This document shows positions 16,995 through 26,791 of a stretch of 64,000 nucleotides of DNA, piece by piece (position 1 is the stretch's first letter; each line of letters starts with the position of its first letter). Location of the stretch: positions 753,489-817,488 of the forward strand of contig JBAZJK010000001.1 in assembly GCA_041651355.1 (NCBI GenBank), in the 5' to 3' direction. The notes under the pieces are model-generated. The model saw only the letters and a program-made list of their open reading frames with translations, did not search any database and was not told the DNA's origin. This DNA is from Patescibacteria group bacterium (GTDB lineage: Bacteria > Patescibacteriota > Patescibacteriia > Patescibacteriales > UBA12465). The position numbers were made by a program, and so were the translations under genes.

Positions 16995-19900
16995 ATGAGC
17001 GGTTTCTCCTCGATTGAAAACTTGCTAGATCCGGCCGATGAAGCCCAAGACGAAGAAAGCGTCGGCGCCCAACTCAGCCGCAAACAACAAGAAATAAAAA
17101 ACAAAGAAATAGAAAGGCAAACTGAGGCCAAAGCGAAAAGCGCTGGCCTTAATTATGTTAATCTTAACGGTTTCCCCATCAGTCCAGAAGCGCTATCGAT
17201 GGTAGACGAAGATGAGGCTAAAGAAATCAAGGGCGCTTGTTTTTTTTATGACGGCCATGCCATCCGCTTGGCGTGTTTAGCTTATACCAAGAAAATCGAG
17301 GATAAAGCCCTGGAACTACAAAACAAATATTTTGCCGAGGTAAAAATATATTTGATTTCACCGGCTAGCTTCGCTCGCTTATTGGATTTCTATCACGCCC
17401 TGCCCAAAACAAAAAAAATAATCGGTGGAGTGGAAATCAAAGAGGAAGATTTGGAAAAATTTAAACAGGAAATTAGTAGCTATAAAAGCTTGAACGCCAA
17501 AATAAACGAAGTGAATATCTCTGATGTCGTAACCCTGCTTTTAGCTTCAGCTATGAAAACCGGGGCGAGCGACATTCATGTTGAAGCTGAAGAAAGCCGC
17601 GTTGTCATCCGTCTGCGTATCGATGGCGTTCTGCAAGAGGCGGCCACGATTGAAAAGTCACAATGGCAAAAAATTATCAGCCGTCTTAAGATAATCTCAA
17701 AAGTTAAGATTAACATCGATGATAAGCCGCAAGATGGCCGTTTTTCCATATATTCTCAAGCGAAAAAAATTGAAGTCCGATCTTCTTTCCTGCCCACCGC
17801 TTACGGCGAAAGCGTCGTCATGAGGCTGTTAGACTCCCAAGCCGTACCTCTAAACCTTAAAGGCTTAGGCATCCGCCCTAATATAATCGAAATCTTGGAA
17901 AAAGAAATCTCTAAACCGAATGGCTTAGTTTTGACTACCGGACCGACTGGCTCAGGCAAAACCACTACCTTATACGCAATCATCAACCAGCTCAATCGGG
18001 CCGGCACTAAAATAATTACCCTGGAAGACCCAGTCGAATACCAACTAGAGGGTATCAATCAGAGCCAAGTCGATGCCGCTCATGGCTATTCTTTCTCTGA
18101 TGGTTTACGTTCAATCTTACGTCAAGATCCGAATATCGTCATGGTTGGAGAGGTGCGCGACCTAGAAACCGCCGAAATAGCTGTCCAGGCAGCTCTGACT
18201 GGCCATTTAGTCTTATCAACTCTACACACCAATGACGCCGCCGGAGTCATCCCGCGCCTTTTAGATATTGGGGTCAAACCATATTTCTTGATTCCCGCGA
18301 TTAACGCCGTTATCGGCCAGCGCTTAGTCAGAAAGCTTTGCCCCCATTGCCGCCTTGAACACGCGCTAAGCGCCGAAGAAGATGAACAGATAAAAAGAAT
18401 CTTGGCGGTAATATCCCCTAAAGCCGGAGTTGAGGTTCCACCCACATTGCCGACGATCTACAAGGCAAATCCAAGCGGTTGCGCGGAATGTAATTTCATC
18501 GGATATAAGGGGCAATTAGGTATCTTTGAAATTTTTACCATGGCCGATAACCTTAAGCAATTAACAGCGGATAATGCTCCTTCTTTTCAAATATTGAGAC
18601 AGGCGATTGAAAATGGCATGCTCACCATGCTCCAAGATGGCATATTAAAGACCTTAGATGGTGAAACTAGTCTCGAAGAAATTTACCGTGTCGTTGGTGA
18701 TTTTGATTATGTGAACGAACTTTATGACTTAATTATTTCCCAAACCATCGGCCGGGGATTAGTTGTAAGCCAGGAAATCAAACAAACAGCCGAAACTCTT
18801 AGCCAGAACCTTGGTGGACTGAAAGATAAGCTCCAAAACCTTTCCTCTCAAGAACTCTTGAATTTGACAATGGCGGTCGCGGCCGCTTCTGAAGCCGGCG
18901 ATATACACATCGAGCCAGAAGAAGCTAGCGTTAAAATCCGCTTCCGAATCGATGGCGTCTTGCATGATATCGCTGATATCCCTAAAACCCAATACCTGCC
19001 CCTGATTGCTGAGATAAAGACCTTAGCTGGCTTTGCCACCAATGTCAGACGGGCAACCCTAGATGGCCGGTTTTCCTTAATCTTCCCAGAGAAAAAAATA
19101 GATTGCCGCCTATCAATCATCATCGGCGGACGAGGAGAAACGATCGTTATCCGCCTGCTAAACAATTCAGCGGCAACTTTAAAAATGGAAAAATTGGGCA
19201 TTACCGCCAGTACTAAAGAAACCTTGGAAAAAGCCATCAAGAAAACCCGAGGTATTATCCTAACTACCGGTCCGACCGGTTCCGGTAAGACCACCACTCT
19301 CTACTCCCTACTGAACGAACTCAATCATCCGGATGTAAAAATCATTACAGTCGAAGATCCAATCGAATATGAGTTAGCCGGAATAATGCAAACCCAAATT
19401 GATCCAGAAAGAGGCTACACTTTTGCGGCGGCCATCCGCTCCCTCCTACGTCAAAATCCCAACATCATGATGATTGGAGAAATTAGAGATGAAGAAACAG
19501 CTAAGATCGCCCTAGAAGCCGCCTTAACCGGACACTTGGTGCTTTCCACTATCCACGCCAACAGCGCCGCTGGAGCTATCTCCCGTTTTGCTGGCCTAGG
19601 TATCGACCGCAAAATCTTAGCTAATGCCATAGAGTTTGCTATCAGCCAAAGACTTGTCAGACGCTTATGTCCACATTGCAAAAAGAGCTATGAAATAGAT
19701 GCCGCTACTGAAGAAAAAATCAGGAATATCTTTAAAGACCTAAAAAACCCGGCTATTAAAATACCTAGTGGCCGGACATATTATCAGGCGGTTGGTTGCG
19801 ACAAATGCGGTAATATCGGTTACAAGGGACGGATTGGCCTGTATGAAGCCATGGAGAATAACCCTGAATTGCAAAAAACTATCAGCGCCGAAACTAGTAC

Positions 19901-20018
19901 GGATCATGAGATTGAGCTAGATGCCGTCAACCAAGGGATGGTCACTATAGCTCAGGATGGTATTATCAAAGCCTCGCAAGGTGACACTAGCTTAGATGAA
20001 GTATTCCGAGTTATTTAA
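16995..20018 (+). CDS. Tandem-fused double PilB/GspE-type secretion ATPase
   Basis: 1007 aa. An N-terminal T2SSE_N-like domain is followed by two complete ATPase cores. Each core has Walker A GPTGSGKTTT (nt ~17940 and ~19267), an Asp box (LEDPVEY / VEDPIEY), Walker B (IVMVGEVRD / IMMIGEIRD), a His box (TGHLVLST) and a CPHC...CxxC tetracysteine. Confidence 0.9.
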   Translation: MSGFSSIENLLDPADEAQDEESVGAQLSRKQQEIKNKEIERQTEAKAKSAGLNYVNLNGFPISPEALSMVDEDEAKEIKGACFFYDGHAIRLACLAYTKKIEDKALELQNKYFAEVKIYLISPASFARLLDFYHALPKTKKIIGGVEIKEEDLEKFKQEISSYKSLNAKINEVNISDVVTLLLASAMKTGASDIHVEAEESRVVIRLRIDGVLQEAATIEKSQWQKIISRLKIISKVKINIDDKPQDGRFSIYSQAKKIEVRSSFLPTAYGESVVMRLLDSQAVPLNLKGLGIRPNIIEILEKEISKPNGLVLTTGPTGSGKTTTLYAIINQLNRAGTKIITLEDPVEYQLEGINQSQVDAAHGYSFSDGLRSILRQDPNIVMVGEVRDLETAEIAVQAALTGHLVLSTLHTNDAAGVIPRLLDIGVKPYFLIPAINAVIGQRLVRKLCPHCRLEHALSAEEDEQIKRILAVISPKAGVEVPPTLPTIYKANPSGCAECNFIGYKGQLGIFEIFTMADNLKQLTADNAPSFQILRQAIENGMLTMLQDGILKTLDGETSLEEIYRVVGDFDYVNELYDLIISQTIGRGLVVSQEIKQTAETLSQNLGGLKDKLQNLSSQELLNLTMAVAAASEAGDIHIEPEEASVKIRFRIDGVLHDIADIPKTQYLPLIAEIKTLAGFATNVRRATLDGRFSLIFPEKKIDCRLSIIIGGRGETIVIRLLNNSAATLKMEKLGITASTKETLEKAIKKTRGIILTTGPTGSGKTTTLYSLLNELNHPDVKIITVEDPIEYELAGIMQTQIDPERGYTFAAAIRSLLRQNPNIMMIGEIRDEETAKIALEAALTGHLVLSTIHANSAAGAISRFAGLGIDRKILANAIEFAISQRLVRRLCPHCKKSYEIDAATEEKIRNIFKDLKNPAIKIPSGRTYYQAVGCDKCGNIGYKGRIGLYEAMENNPELQKTISAETSTDHEIELDAVNQGMVTIAQDGIIKASQGDTSLDEVFRVI

Positions 20019-20032
20019 TATAAGAAACAAAT

Positions 20033-20611
20033 ATGATCAATGCTAAATTTTTAGTCCAACTTAAAAAAGAATATCGCACCCAAGAATCGGAACGCCGCCA
20101 AATTATCAGCGCTTCAAATAATATCCTATTCCAAGCTAAGAAGACGATTTTTGCCTTGCAACGACAGGATTTCTCTGCGGGCCAGGAAAAACTGGAAGAA
20201 ATGGCTAAGCTGCTTAAGGATTTAGCTCAACGCTTCGGCGCCAACCGCTTGAATCAAGAGGGGACATATAAAGCGGCCGTGGAAGAATACCTCGAAGCCT
20301 ATACTTTTCATCAAATTATAAAAGGAAAGAAAATAGATAAGGTTAAAGGCCTATCCTTAGACCACAGCAGCTACCTCGGAGGTATCTGCGACCTCATCGG
20401 AGAACTAGTCCGCTATGCTACCAACCAAGCGGCTAAGGGCAAATTTTCCGAGGTCGAAAAAATCAAAGCTATTTCCGAAGATATTATGGCCGGGCTTCTA
20501 GATTTCGATATGACTGCCTATCTGAGAACTAAATACGACCAAGCCCGAGGCCACTTGCGTAAACTCGAACAAATGGCTTATGACATTAGAATCAGGTCTT
20601 TAGATAAATAA
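20033..20611 (+). CDS. Translin-family protein
   Basis: 192 aa. The C-terminal half aligns by eye with human translin: SLDHSSYLGGICDLIGELVRYA ~ HLDVEDYLSGVLILASELSRLS, and LRTKYDQARGHLRKLEQMAYDIRIRS ~ LRKRYDGLKYDVKKVEEVVYDLSIRG. Confidence 0.7.
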   Translation: MINAKFLVQLKKEYRTQESERRQIISASNNILFQAKKTIFALQRQDFSAGQEKLEEMAKLLKDLAQRFGANRLNQEGTYKAAVEEYLEAYTFHQIIKGKKIDKVKGLSLDHSSYLGGICDLIGELVRYATNQAAKGKFSEVEKIKAISEDIMAGLLDFDMTAYLRTKYDQARGHLRKLEQMAYDIRIRSLDK

Positions 20612-20616
20612 GCCTT

Positions 20617-21117
20617 ATGCTGGCCGCCATCATTTCCGATATCCATGACAACCTAGTGAACCTAGATAAATGCCTTGATTGGTGTCAACAAAAAGGGGTG
20701 ACCTCCCTGATTTGTCTGGGAGACCTTACTAACTCGGAAAGCCTGGCTAGAATAGACGCTAATTTCCTCGAAAAAATTTTTCTGATCCAGGGCAATGCAG
20801 AAATATATCAGACAGAAGAAATAAAAAATTTCCCCAGGATCAAGAATTGCGGACGCTACGGATGGATAAGATTAGATGATGTTAATATCGGCTTAGTCCA
20901 TGAGCCGTTTTTTATTAACCAGTTAATAAAGGAGAACCAGGAGATAAACTTTGATTTTATTTTTTACGGCCACACCCACAAACCCTGGCTTGAAGAAAAA
21001 AATGGCTTTAAAATAGCTAACCCAGGAACCTTGGGCGGTGTCTTCCAAGCAGCCAGCTTTGCCATTTTAGACTGCCAAAATAAAAGATTGGATTTAAAAA
21101 TACTCAACGAACTATAG
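20617..21117 (+). CDS. YfcE/MJ0936-type metallophosphoesterase
   Basis: 166 aa with calcineurin-like motifs (ISDIHDN, LGDL, GNAE, GHTH). Confidence 0.8.
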   Translation: MLAAIISDIHDNLVNLDKCLDWCQQKGVTSLICLGDLTNSESLARIDANFLEKIFLIQGNAEIYQTEEIKNFPRIKNCGRYGWIRLDDVNIGLVHEPFFINQLIKENQEINFDFIFYGHTHKPWLEEKNGFKIANPGTLGGVFQAASFAILDCQNKRLDLKILNEL

Positions 21118-21128
21118 TTAGCCCTAAC

Positions 21129-21159
21129 AAAAAAACAGTCTTCAATCAGACTGTTTTTT
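21129..21159. terminator. Bidirectional intrinsic terminator
   Basis: Stem CAGTCT/AGACTG flanked by A7 and T6 runs, between convergent genes. Confidence 0.65.
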
Positions 21160-21173
21160 ATAAAATAAAATTA

Positions 21174-23669
21174 TTATTTTCCTAAAATTTCCTTAAGATA
21201 TTTAGCTGTATAACTATTTTTAGCTTGAGCTACTTGCTGAGGACTTCCTTCTGCGGCGATATAACCACCCTTATCGCCACCTTCTGGACCAAGATCTATA
21301 ATCCAATCAACCGCCTTAATTACATCAAGGTTATGTTCAATAATCAGGACGGTATTACCCTGGTCAACCAGCATATTCAACACTTTCAATAATCTTTCGA
21401 TATCGGCAAAATGCAGACCGGTAGTCGGTTCGTCTAAAATGCACAGAGTCTTACCGGTCGCTCGGCGTGATAATTCGGTGGCTAATTTGATCCTCTGCGC
21501 CTCACCACCAGAAAAAGTAGTTGCGCTCTGCCCTAACTTGATATAGCCGAGTCCGACCGAGTCTAGAGTCAACAGCTTCTGGTACAAAGCAGAAATTTCC
21601 TTGAAAAAAGGCAAAGCTTCGCTCACCGTCATCTCTAAAACATCGTAGATATTCTTGCCTTTGTAGTTTATTTCTAGAATCTCTGGCTTAAATTTTTTAC
21701 CACCACAAACATCACAAGTTAGATAAATGTCGCTCAAGAACTGCATATCGACTTTTATCACTCCATCTCCAGCACAATTTTCACAACGGCCGCCAGCTAC
21801 ATTAAAAGAAAAATGCCCAGCGCCATAGCCTTTCAACTTAGATTCTGGCAAAACAGCGAACAAGTCGCGAATATAAGTAAACGCCCCGGTATAGGTAGCT
21901 GGATTAGACCGGGGTGTCCGGCCAATCGGCGACTGATCAATATCAATCACCTTGTCGATATTATCCAAACCTTCAATCGACCGGTGCTTGCCTGGCAAGG
22001 CCTTAGCTCGATAAAATTTCTGCTTCAGAACGTTGGCTAAGATATCAGTCATCAAGGTAGATTTGCCAGAACCGGAAACACCAGTAATCGCCACCAGCTT
22101 ACCGAGAGGAATCTCGACATCGATATTTTTCAGATTATGCTCACTAGCGCCGATAATCTTCAGGCTCTGCTTTTTACCAGGCCGAAAATTATCCCTAGCC
22201 GGAATTTGCTTAATGCCGCTCAAATATTTCCCGGTTAGAGATTCTGGGCAATCCTTGATGCCAGCCGGCTGGCCGCTATATATGATGTGTCCGCCCATCT
22301 GGCCGGCGCCCGGACCGATATCAACTAAATGATCAGCCGCTAACATCATAGCGGCATCATGTTCGACCACAATAACAGTATTATCGTTATCCCGGAGATT
22401 TTTTAGCATCGCTATCAACTTATCATTATCTCTCTGGTGCAAGCCGATTGATGGCTCATCCAAGACGTAAAGGACTCCGCTTAGAGTCGACCCGACTTGA
22501 GAGGCCAAACGGATACGCTGGGCTTCACCGCCTGATAAACTGGCGGCCGAGCGGGTCAAACTCAGATAATCTAAGCCGACTTTCTCTAAAAATTCTAAAT
22601 TCTTAATCATTTCGCCAATAATCGGGGCGACTATTTCCGCTTGACCGTTCAAATTTTTAGCGCCAGCTATAAGGGTGCTGAGAAACGACTTGAGTTGGCT
22701 GACATTCTTGTCCGCTAGATCATAAATCGAGAGACCATCTATCTTCACTGCCAAGACGGCTGGCTTCAAACGCTGTCCATGACAGGTTGGGCAAGATGTT
22801 TCGCGCATACATTTCTCGATCTCTGACTTTATGAAGCCCGACTTAGTCTCTTGGTAGCGCTGTTTGAGCATTTTTATCAAACCAAAAAAATCATCATCCC
22901 CGAAAAGAAGGAAATCCAGCTCGGTCTTAGAAAAATTCTTAATAGGGCGGTTCAGGTCAAGCTGACGGCTTTCGAGTTTAACCCTCAAATCACTTAAAAA
23001 AGAGGTTTGATTGGCAAGGTTGAAGTGACGCCAAGGCTTAATGGCTCCCTCAGCAATACTGAGATTAGTGTTCAGCACTAAGTTTGGATCGATCTCTAAT
23101 TTCACACCGAGGCCCAGGCAATCAGGACAAGCTCCATAGTTAGAATTAAAAGAAAAATCTTTGGGTTTTAGATTGAGAAGCTGATGCGAGCACTGTTCAC
23201 AGGCATAGGACCACTCGCTACGCTTATTGCCCGTAATTTTCCCATTCCTATTAGTGCTCGGCTTCAAATCTTTGATTTTCTTTAATTTTATCTGACAATT
23301 AGGACAGTATGGAATCCCGATTTTAGCGAACAAGAGACGCAAATAATCATATATCTCTGTTATCGTCCCCACTGTGGAACGAGGATTGTGCCCTACTGTC
23401 CTTTGATCGATAGCGATTGCCGGAGACAATCCTTCGATTAGATCTAATTCTGGCTTATCTAACAGATTGACGAATTGCCTGGCATAAGAAGACAAAGATT
23501 CAACATAGCGACGCTGGCCTTCGGCATAAATAGTATCAAAAGCTAATGATGATTTGCCTGAACCAGATAAACCGGTGACGACAATCAGCTTATGTCGGGG
23601 CAGGTCAATATCTATATTTTTTAAGTTATTAACGCGCGCTCCGCGAATTTTAATCAAATTATCTGGCAT
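21174..23669 (-). CDS. uvrA: Excinuclease ABC subunit A, short form lacking the UvrB-binding domain
   Basis: 831 aa with two ABC modules ([14 protein letters not shown] / [12 protein letters not shown]; [10 protein letters not shown] / [12 protein letters not shown]) and zinc modules. Only about 33 aa separate CPNC and CEQC, where E. coli UvrA has about 130 aa. Confidence 0.9.
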   Translation of the reverse strand: MPDNLIKIRGARVNNLKNIDIDLPRHKLIVVTGLSGSGKSSLAFDTIYAEGQRRYVESLSSYARQFVNLLDKPELDLIEGLSPAIAIDQRTVGHNPRSTVGTITEIYDYLRLLFAKIGIPYCPNCQIKLKKIKDLKPSTNRNGKITGNKRSEWSYACEQCSHQLLNLKPKDFSFNSNYGACPDCLGLGVKLEIDPNLVLNTNLSIAEGAIKPWRHFNLANQTSFLSDLRVKLESRQLDLNRPIKNFSKTELDFLLFGDDDFFGLIKMLKQRYQETKSGFIKSEIEKCMRETSCPTCHGQRLKPAVLAVKIDGLSIYDLADKNVSQLKSFLSTLIAGAKNLNGQAEIVAPIIGEMIKNLEFLEKVGLDYLSLTRSAASLSGGEAQRIRLASQVGSTLSGVLYVLDEPSIGLHQRDNDKLIAMLKNLRDNDNTVIVVEHDAAMMLAADHLVDIGPGAGQMGGHIIYSGQPAGIKDCPESLTGKYLSGIKQIPARDNFRPGKKQSLKIIGASEHNLKNIDVEIPLGKLVAITGVSGSGKSTLMTDILANVLKQKFYRAKALPGKHRSIEGLDNIDKVIDIDQSPIGRTPRSNPATYTGAFTYIRDLFAVLPESKLKGYGAGHFSFNVAGGRCENCAGDGVIKVDMQFLSDIYLTCDVCGGKKFKPEILEINYKGKNIYDVLEMTVSEALPFFKEISALYQKLLTLDSVGLGYIKLGQSATTFSGGEAQRIKLATELSRRATGKTLCILDEPTTGLHFADIERLLKVLNMLVDQGNTVLIIEHNLDVIKAVDWIIDLGPEGGDKGGYIAAEGSPQQVAQAKNSYTAKYLKEILGK

Positions 23670-23693
23670 GTTGTCTGGTTTAATTAATAATAT

Positions 23694-24731
23694 TTAAAAA
23701 ATTGGATAAAAGAGCTTCAGCATAAAAACCAGAAAACGATCACTAGTCTTCATGAGAGGCCGTGGATTTTGAAAAAATTCTCCCTCTTTTTTCCACTTAG
23801 CTAAAATCTTCTCTAAATCAGCAATTAAGTTCTTCTGGCGGAAAAAGACGCCTGCTTCCATATTAAGGCCGAAAGAAAGGATATCGATATTAGGAGAACC
23901 GACTACGCCTTCCACGCCATCGATTAACATAATTTTGGCGTGGTTCATAAAAGGCAGAAAATAAAATTTTACCCCCAAAGATGACAAACGGCAAGCATTG
24001 ATATAATTAATCTTATTCAAAGGCCCGACGTCTGTAAACTTAGGTATGATAATCTCGATATTAACCCCGCGCCGGATAGCCTCATCAAACAAGGCAATCA
24101 GCCATCTCGGCGGCAAAAGATAGGGGGTGGTTATCTGGATAAGGCTCTTGGCCTCAATTATCTTCTGCCGATAATAATTATTAAGGTAATATGAATTCTT
24201 ACGGCTAGTCCAGTTATCAAGCAGCCAGGACTTTATTTTTTGGGATAAAGCCGCCTTCTGATGGATTAAGATGGATGCTTTGCGGCCCCCGGCCATGCGA
24301 TAGGCATAGGCAAAAGATTTTAAAATCGGCTTTACGATTTTACCTTCGATCCGAATATTTAAATCGTTCCAGTAACGGGTTTTTTCTTTAATATTAACGC
24401 CCCCCAGAAAAGCTATCTTATCATCTATAATCACAAATTTACGATGGTTACGCCTCAGCCAATGGCTAAAAAACAGGAATTCCACACCGGCCGCCTTCAA
24501 ATCATTAACGTCAGAATTTTTCAAATCAAAGCTGCCAAAATAATCAGCCACAATCACAACCTCCACCCCTGACTGAGCCTTAGCCTTGAGCCTGCCCAAG
24601 AAATCGTGGGTGTTATTGGTATCAGCTAAAAAGATATACATTTCTATATAAATGGATTTCTGGGCTAAGTCAATCGCTTTAAGCATCCCATCCCAGGCCT
24701 TGAGCGAAGTTTTATAAAATTTATATTTCAT
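23694..24731 (-). CDS. Phospholipase D / cardiolipin-synthase-like protein (two HKD motifs)
   Basis: 345 aa. HKD motifs: [18 protein letters not shown] and [18 protein letters not shown]. Confidence 0.8.
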   Translation of the reverse strand: MKYKFYKTSLKAWDGMLKAIDLAQKSIYIEMYIFLADTNNTHDFLGRLKAKAQSGVEVVIVADYFGSFDLKNSDVNDLKAAGVEFLFFSHWLRRNHRKFVIIDDKIAFLGGVNIKEKTRYWNDLNIRIEGKIVKPILKSFAYAYRMAGGRKASILIHQKAALSQKIKSWLLDNWTSRKNSYYLNNYYRQKIIEAKSLIQITTPYLLPPRWLIALFDEAIRRGVNIEIIIPKFTDVGPLNKINYINACRLSSLGVKFYFLPFMNHAKIMLIDGVEGVVGSPNIDILSFGLNMEAGVFFRQKNLIADLEKILAKWKKEGEFFQNPRPLMKTSDRFLVFMLKLFYPIF

Positions 24732-24822
24732 TTTTTTAGTTTAAATAATCAAGGCTAATTATAGCACTAATTTATGATTCTTTTAAGGCTAAGGCAGCTT
24801 AGGTGACAATATTGACATAAAA

Positions 24823-24853
24823 ACACAAGACAGGCCTTTAGCCTGTCTTGTGT
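24823..24853 (-). terminator. Intrinsic terminator after tRNA-Glu
   Basis: Perfect 13-bp stem ACACAAGACAGGC/GCCTGTCTTGTGT with a 5-nt loop. A U-run follows on the minus strand. Confidence 0.7.
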
Positions 24854-24855
24854 AC

Positions 24856-24927
24856 GCAGTCCCTGGGGGAATCGAACCCCCGTTATCAGGATGAAAACCT
24901 GACGTCCTAACCACTAGACGAAGGGAC
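24856..24927 (-). tRNA. tRNA-Glu, anticodon UUC
   Basis: The reverse complement folds as a cloverleaf: anticodon stem TCAGG/CCTGA, loop TTTTCAT, T-arm GGGGG TTCGATT CCCCC. No CCA is encoded. Confidence 0.88.
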
Positions 24928-25045
24928 CAGATGAAAAAATAAAATCTACCATTTATAAACTGAGATTACGGTAGATTTTTTTTCTGAAGTATGTTAATAC
25001 TAAAAATAGTATAAATAACTTTTTTTGTCTAGTCAAGATTAAATT

Positions 25046-26071
25046 ATGTATATTTTAGGCATAGAAACCAGCTGCGACGAAACCGCCGCCTCTATCATTA
25101 AAGCTGATTCCCAGGGGAAAATGGCTGTTTTATCAAACATCATATCCTCACAAATAGATATTCATAAGAAATACGGAGGAGTAATTCCTGAGATTGCCGC
25201 CCGGGAACATATTCTAAATATTCTGCCAGTAATAGATGAATCATTCAAGAAAGCTGGTATAGGCCCAGAAAAGATTAACCTAATAGCCGTTACCAAGGGG
25301 CCGGGACTAATCACCTCCCTAATTGTCGGTGCTGAAACGGCTCGGACCCTAGCTTCGGTCTGGAAAAAGCCTATGATAGGCATCAACCACATAGAGGGTC
25401 ATATCTACTCTAATTTCATAGCTCCCCACCGAACCATTAAATTTCCGGCCTTAGTTCTAACTGTTTCTGGCGGCCACACCCTCTTAGTTATTATGAAGGA
25501 GCATAACCAATACAAGATGATCGGGGAAACTCTAGATGACGCCGCTGGAGAAGCTTATGACAAAGGCGCTAAGATGCTAGGGCTCGGTTATCCAGGCGGT
25601 CCGATTATCTCTCAATTAGCGGCTGAATACAAAAAAATGGGACAAAAATCAAATTTGATATTTCCTCGCCCTATGTTGCATGCTAAAAACTTTGATTTTT
25701 CCTTTTCTGGACTAAAAACATCCCTTCTATACCAACTCAAAAAAGACAAGAACTGGAAAAAGAGGATTAATGAGTATTGTTTTGCCTATCAAGAAGCGAT
25801 TATTGATATATTAGTTAAAAAAACTCTCAAAGCCGCCGATAAATATAATATTAGAACTATAATGCTGGCCGGAGGCGTTTCGGCTAACGGGGCTCTACGG
25901 GAAAAATTCATTCAAGAACTAGATAAAAAAAGGCTTTTCTTAGTTCCAGATCTCCAATATACCACTGATAACGCCAGTATGATCGCGGCGGCGGCCTACT
26001 TCCGCTACCAAAAAGCCAAGAATTGGAAAATTCCCAGCCTCAAAGTTGACGCTAACTATAAATTATCATAA
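25046..26071 (+). CDS. tsaD: tRNA N6-adenosine threonylcarbamoyltransferase
   Basis: 341 aa with GIETSCDET and INHIEGH motifs and a Kae1/Gcp fold. Confidence 0.93.
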   Translation: MYILGIETSCDETAASIIKADSQGKMAVLSNIISSQIDIHKKYGGVIPEIAAREHILNILPVIDESFKKAGIGPEKINLIAVTKGPGLITSLIVGAETARTLASVWKKPMIGINHIEGHIYSNFIAPHRTIKFPALVLTVSGGHTLLVIMKEHNQYKMIGETLDDAAGEAYDKGAKMLGLGYPGGPIISQLAAEYKKMGQKSNLIFPRPMLHAKNFDFSFSGLKTSLLYQLKKDKNWKKRINEYCFAYQEAIIDILVKKTLKAADKYNIRTIMLAGGVSANGALREKFIQELDKKRLFLVPDLQYTTDNASMIAAAAYFRYQKAKNWKIPSLKVDANYKLS

Positions 26072-26085
26072 TATATAGAAATAAA

Positions 26086-26159
26086 GGCTGGATGGCGAAG
26101 TGGTCCAACGCTGCAGTTTGCAAAACTGTCATTCGTGGGTTCGAATCCCACTCCAGCCT
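26086..26159 (+). tRNA. tRNA-Cys, anticodon GCA
   Basis: Acceptor GGCTGGA/TCCAGCC, anticodon loop TTGCAAA, T-arm GTGGG TTCGAAT CCCAC. No CCA is encoded. Confidence 0.88.
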
Positions 26160-26162
26160 CAG

Positions 26163-26195
26163 AATAAGTCTAAGATATCTTAGACTTATTTTTTA
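26163..26195 (+). terminator. Intrinsic terminator after tRNA-Cys
   Basis: 28-nt perfect palindrome AATAAGTCTAAGATATCTTAGACTTATT followed by a T5 run. Confidence 0.7.
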
Positions 26196-26230
26196 TTTAC
26201 CCAAATTAACAATTAAAAATAAATAAAATC

Positions 26231-26259
26231 TGTGGATAACTTGTGTTTTTTGTGTATAA
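26231..26259. promoter_or_regulatory. Two same-orientation DnaA-box matches
   Basis: TGTGGATAA (26231-26239) is the exact reverse complement of TTATCCACA. TGTGTATAA (26251-26259) corresponds to TTATACACA and fits the consensus TTATNCACA. Confidence 0.4.
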
Positions 26260-26366
26260 ACTAAGACTTTAAGTCTACTATTTCTTAGACTTAAATATTA
26301 AATTTTTACATTATTTGGCTATTATAAAACAAATTTTGTCATAAAGTACAACTTAAGTCCATAATA

Positions 26367-26395
26367 TTGACCCCATTTTCTAAAAATGATATAAT
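26367..26395 (+). promoter_or_regulatory. Strong sigma70-type promoter with extended -10
   Basis: TTGACC (26367-26372), 17-nt spacer, TGaTATAAT (-10 at 26390-26395). Confidence 0.6.
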
Positions 26396-26401
26396 AAAGA
26401 T

Positions 26402-26478
26402 ATAGAAATGAACATTAACAATTTAAGCTAAAAGGAAATTTACCGAAAAGTTCTTTTGGGTCAATTTCCTTGCTTTTT
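26402..26478 (+). ncRNA. Candidate ~77-nt small RNA or leader transcript
   Basis: Bounded by the promoter at 26367-26395 and a 16/18-bp hairpin (AAGGAAATTTACCGAAAA / TTTTGGGTCAATTTCCTT, 26432-26471) plus GCTTTTT. It contains the 7-codon mini-ORF ATG AAC ATT AAC AAT TTA AGC TAA (26408-26431). Confidence 0.35.
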
Positions 26479-26537
26479 AACTGATTATCAATCTCCATTT
26501 TATTAACACTGGCGTAATAAAATCTACTCCAGATGTT

Positions 26538-26546
26538 TTATCCACG
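26538..26546. promoter_or_regulatory. DnaA-box-like 9-mer (8/9 match)
   Basis: TTATCCACG against the TTATCCACA consensus. It lies next to a very AT-rich tract (26550-26650). Confidence 0.3.
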
Positions 26547-26791
26547 TGCTAAACAAAAATAAAAATTTGATAAGTAACAAAAAGATTATTTACTAAATTT
26601 CTATAAAAATAGCAAAAACAATTAAAAAAATCGATAAAACATACTAATAATCGGTAAAAAGCCAGCTTTTAAGCCAGTAAAAAGCTCAATCCCTAATACG
26701 GTAAATATTTCAACTCTAAATAAGGAGGAACAAAGAAATATTATTAGGGACGAGGCTCAGAATATACCCCTTATAAATCATAAATTTATAT

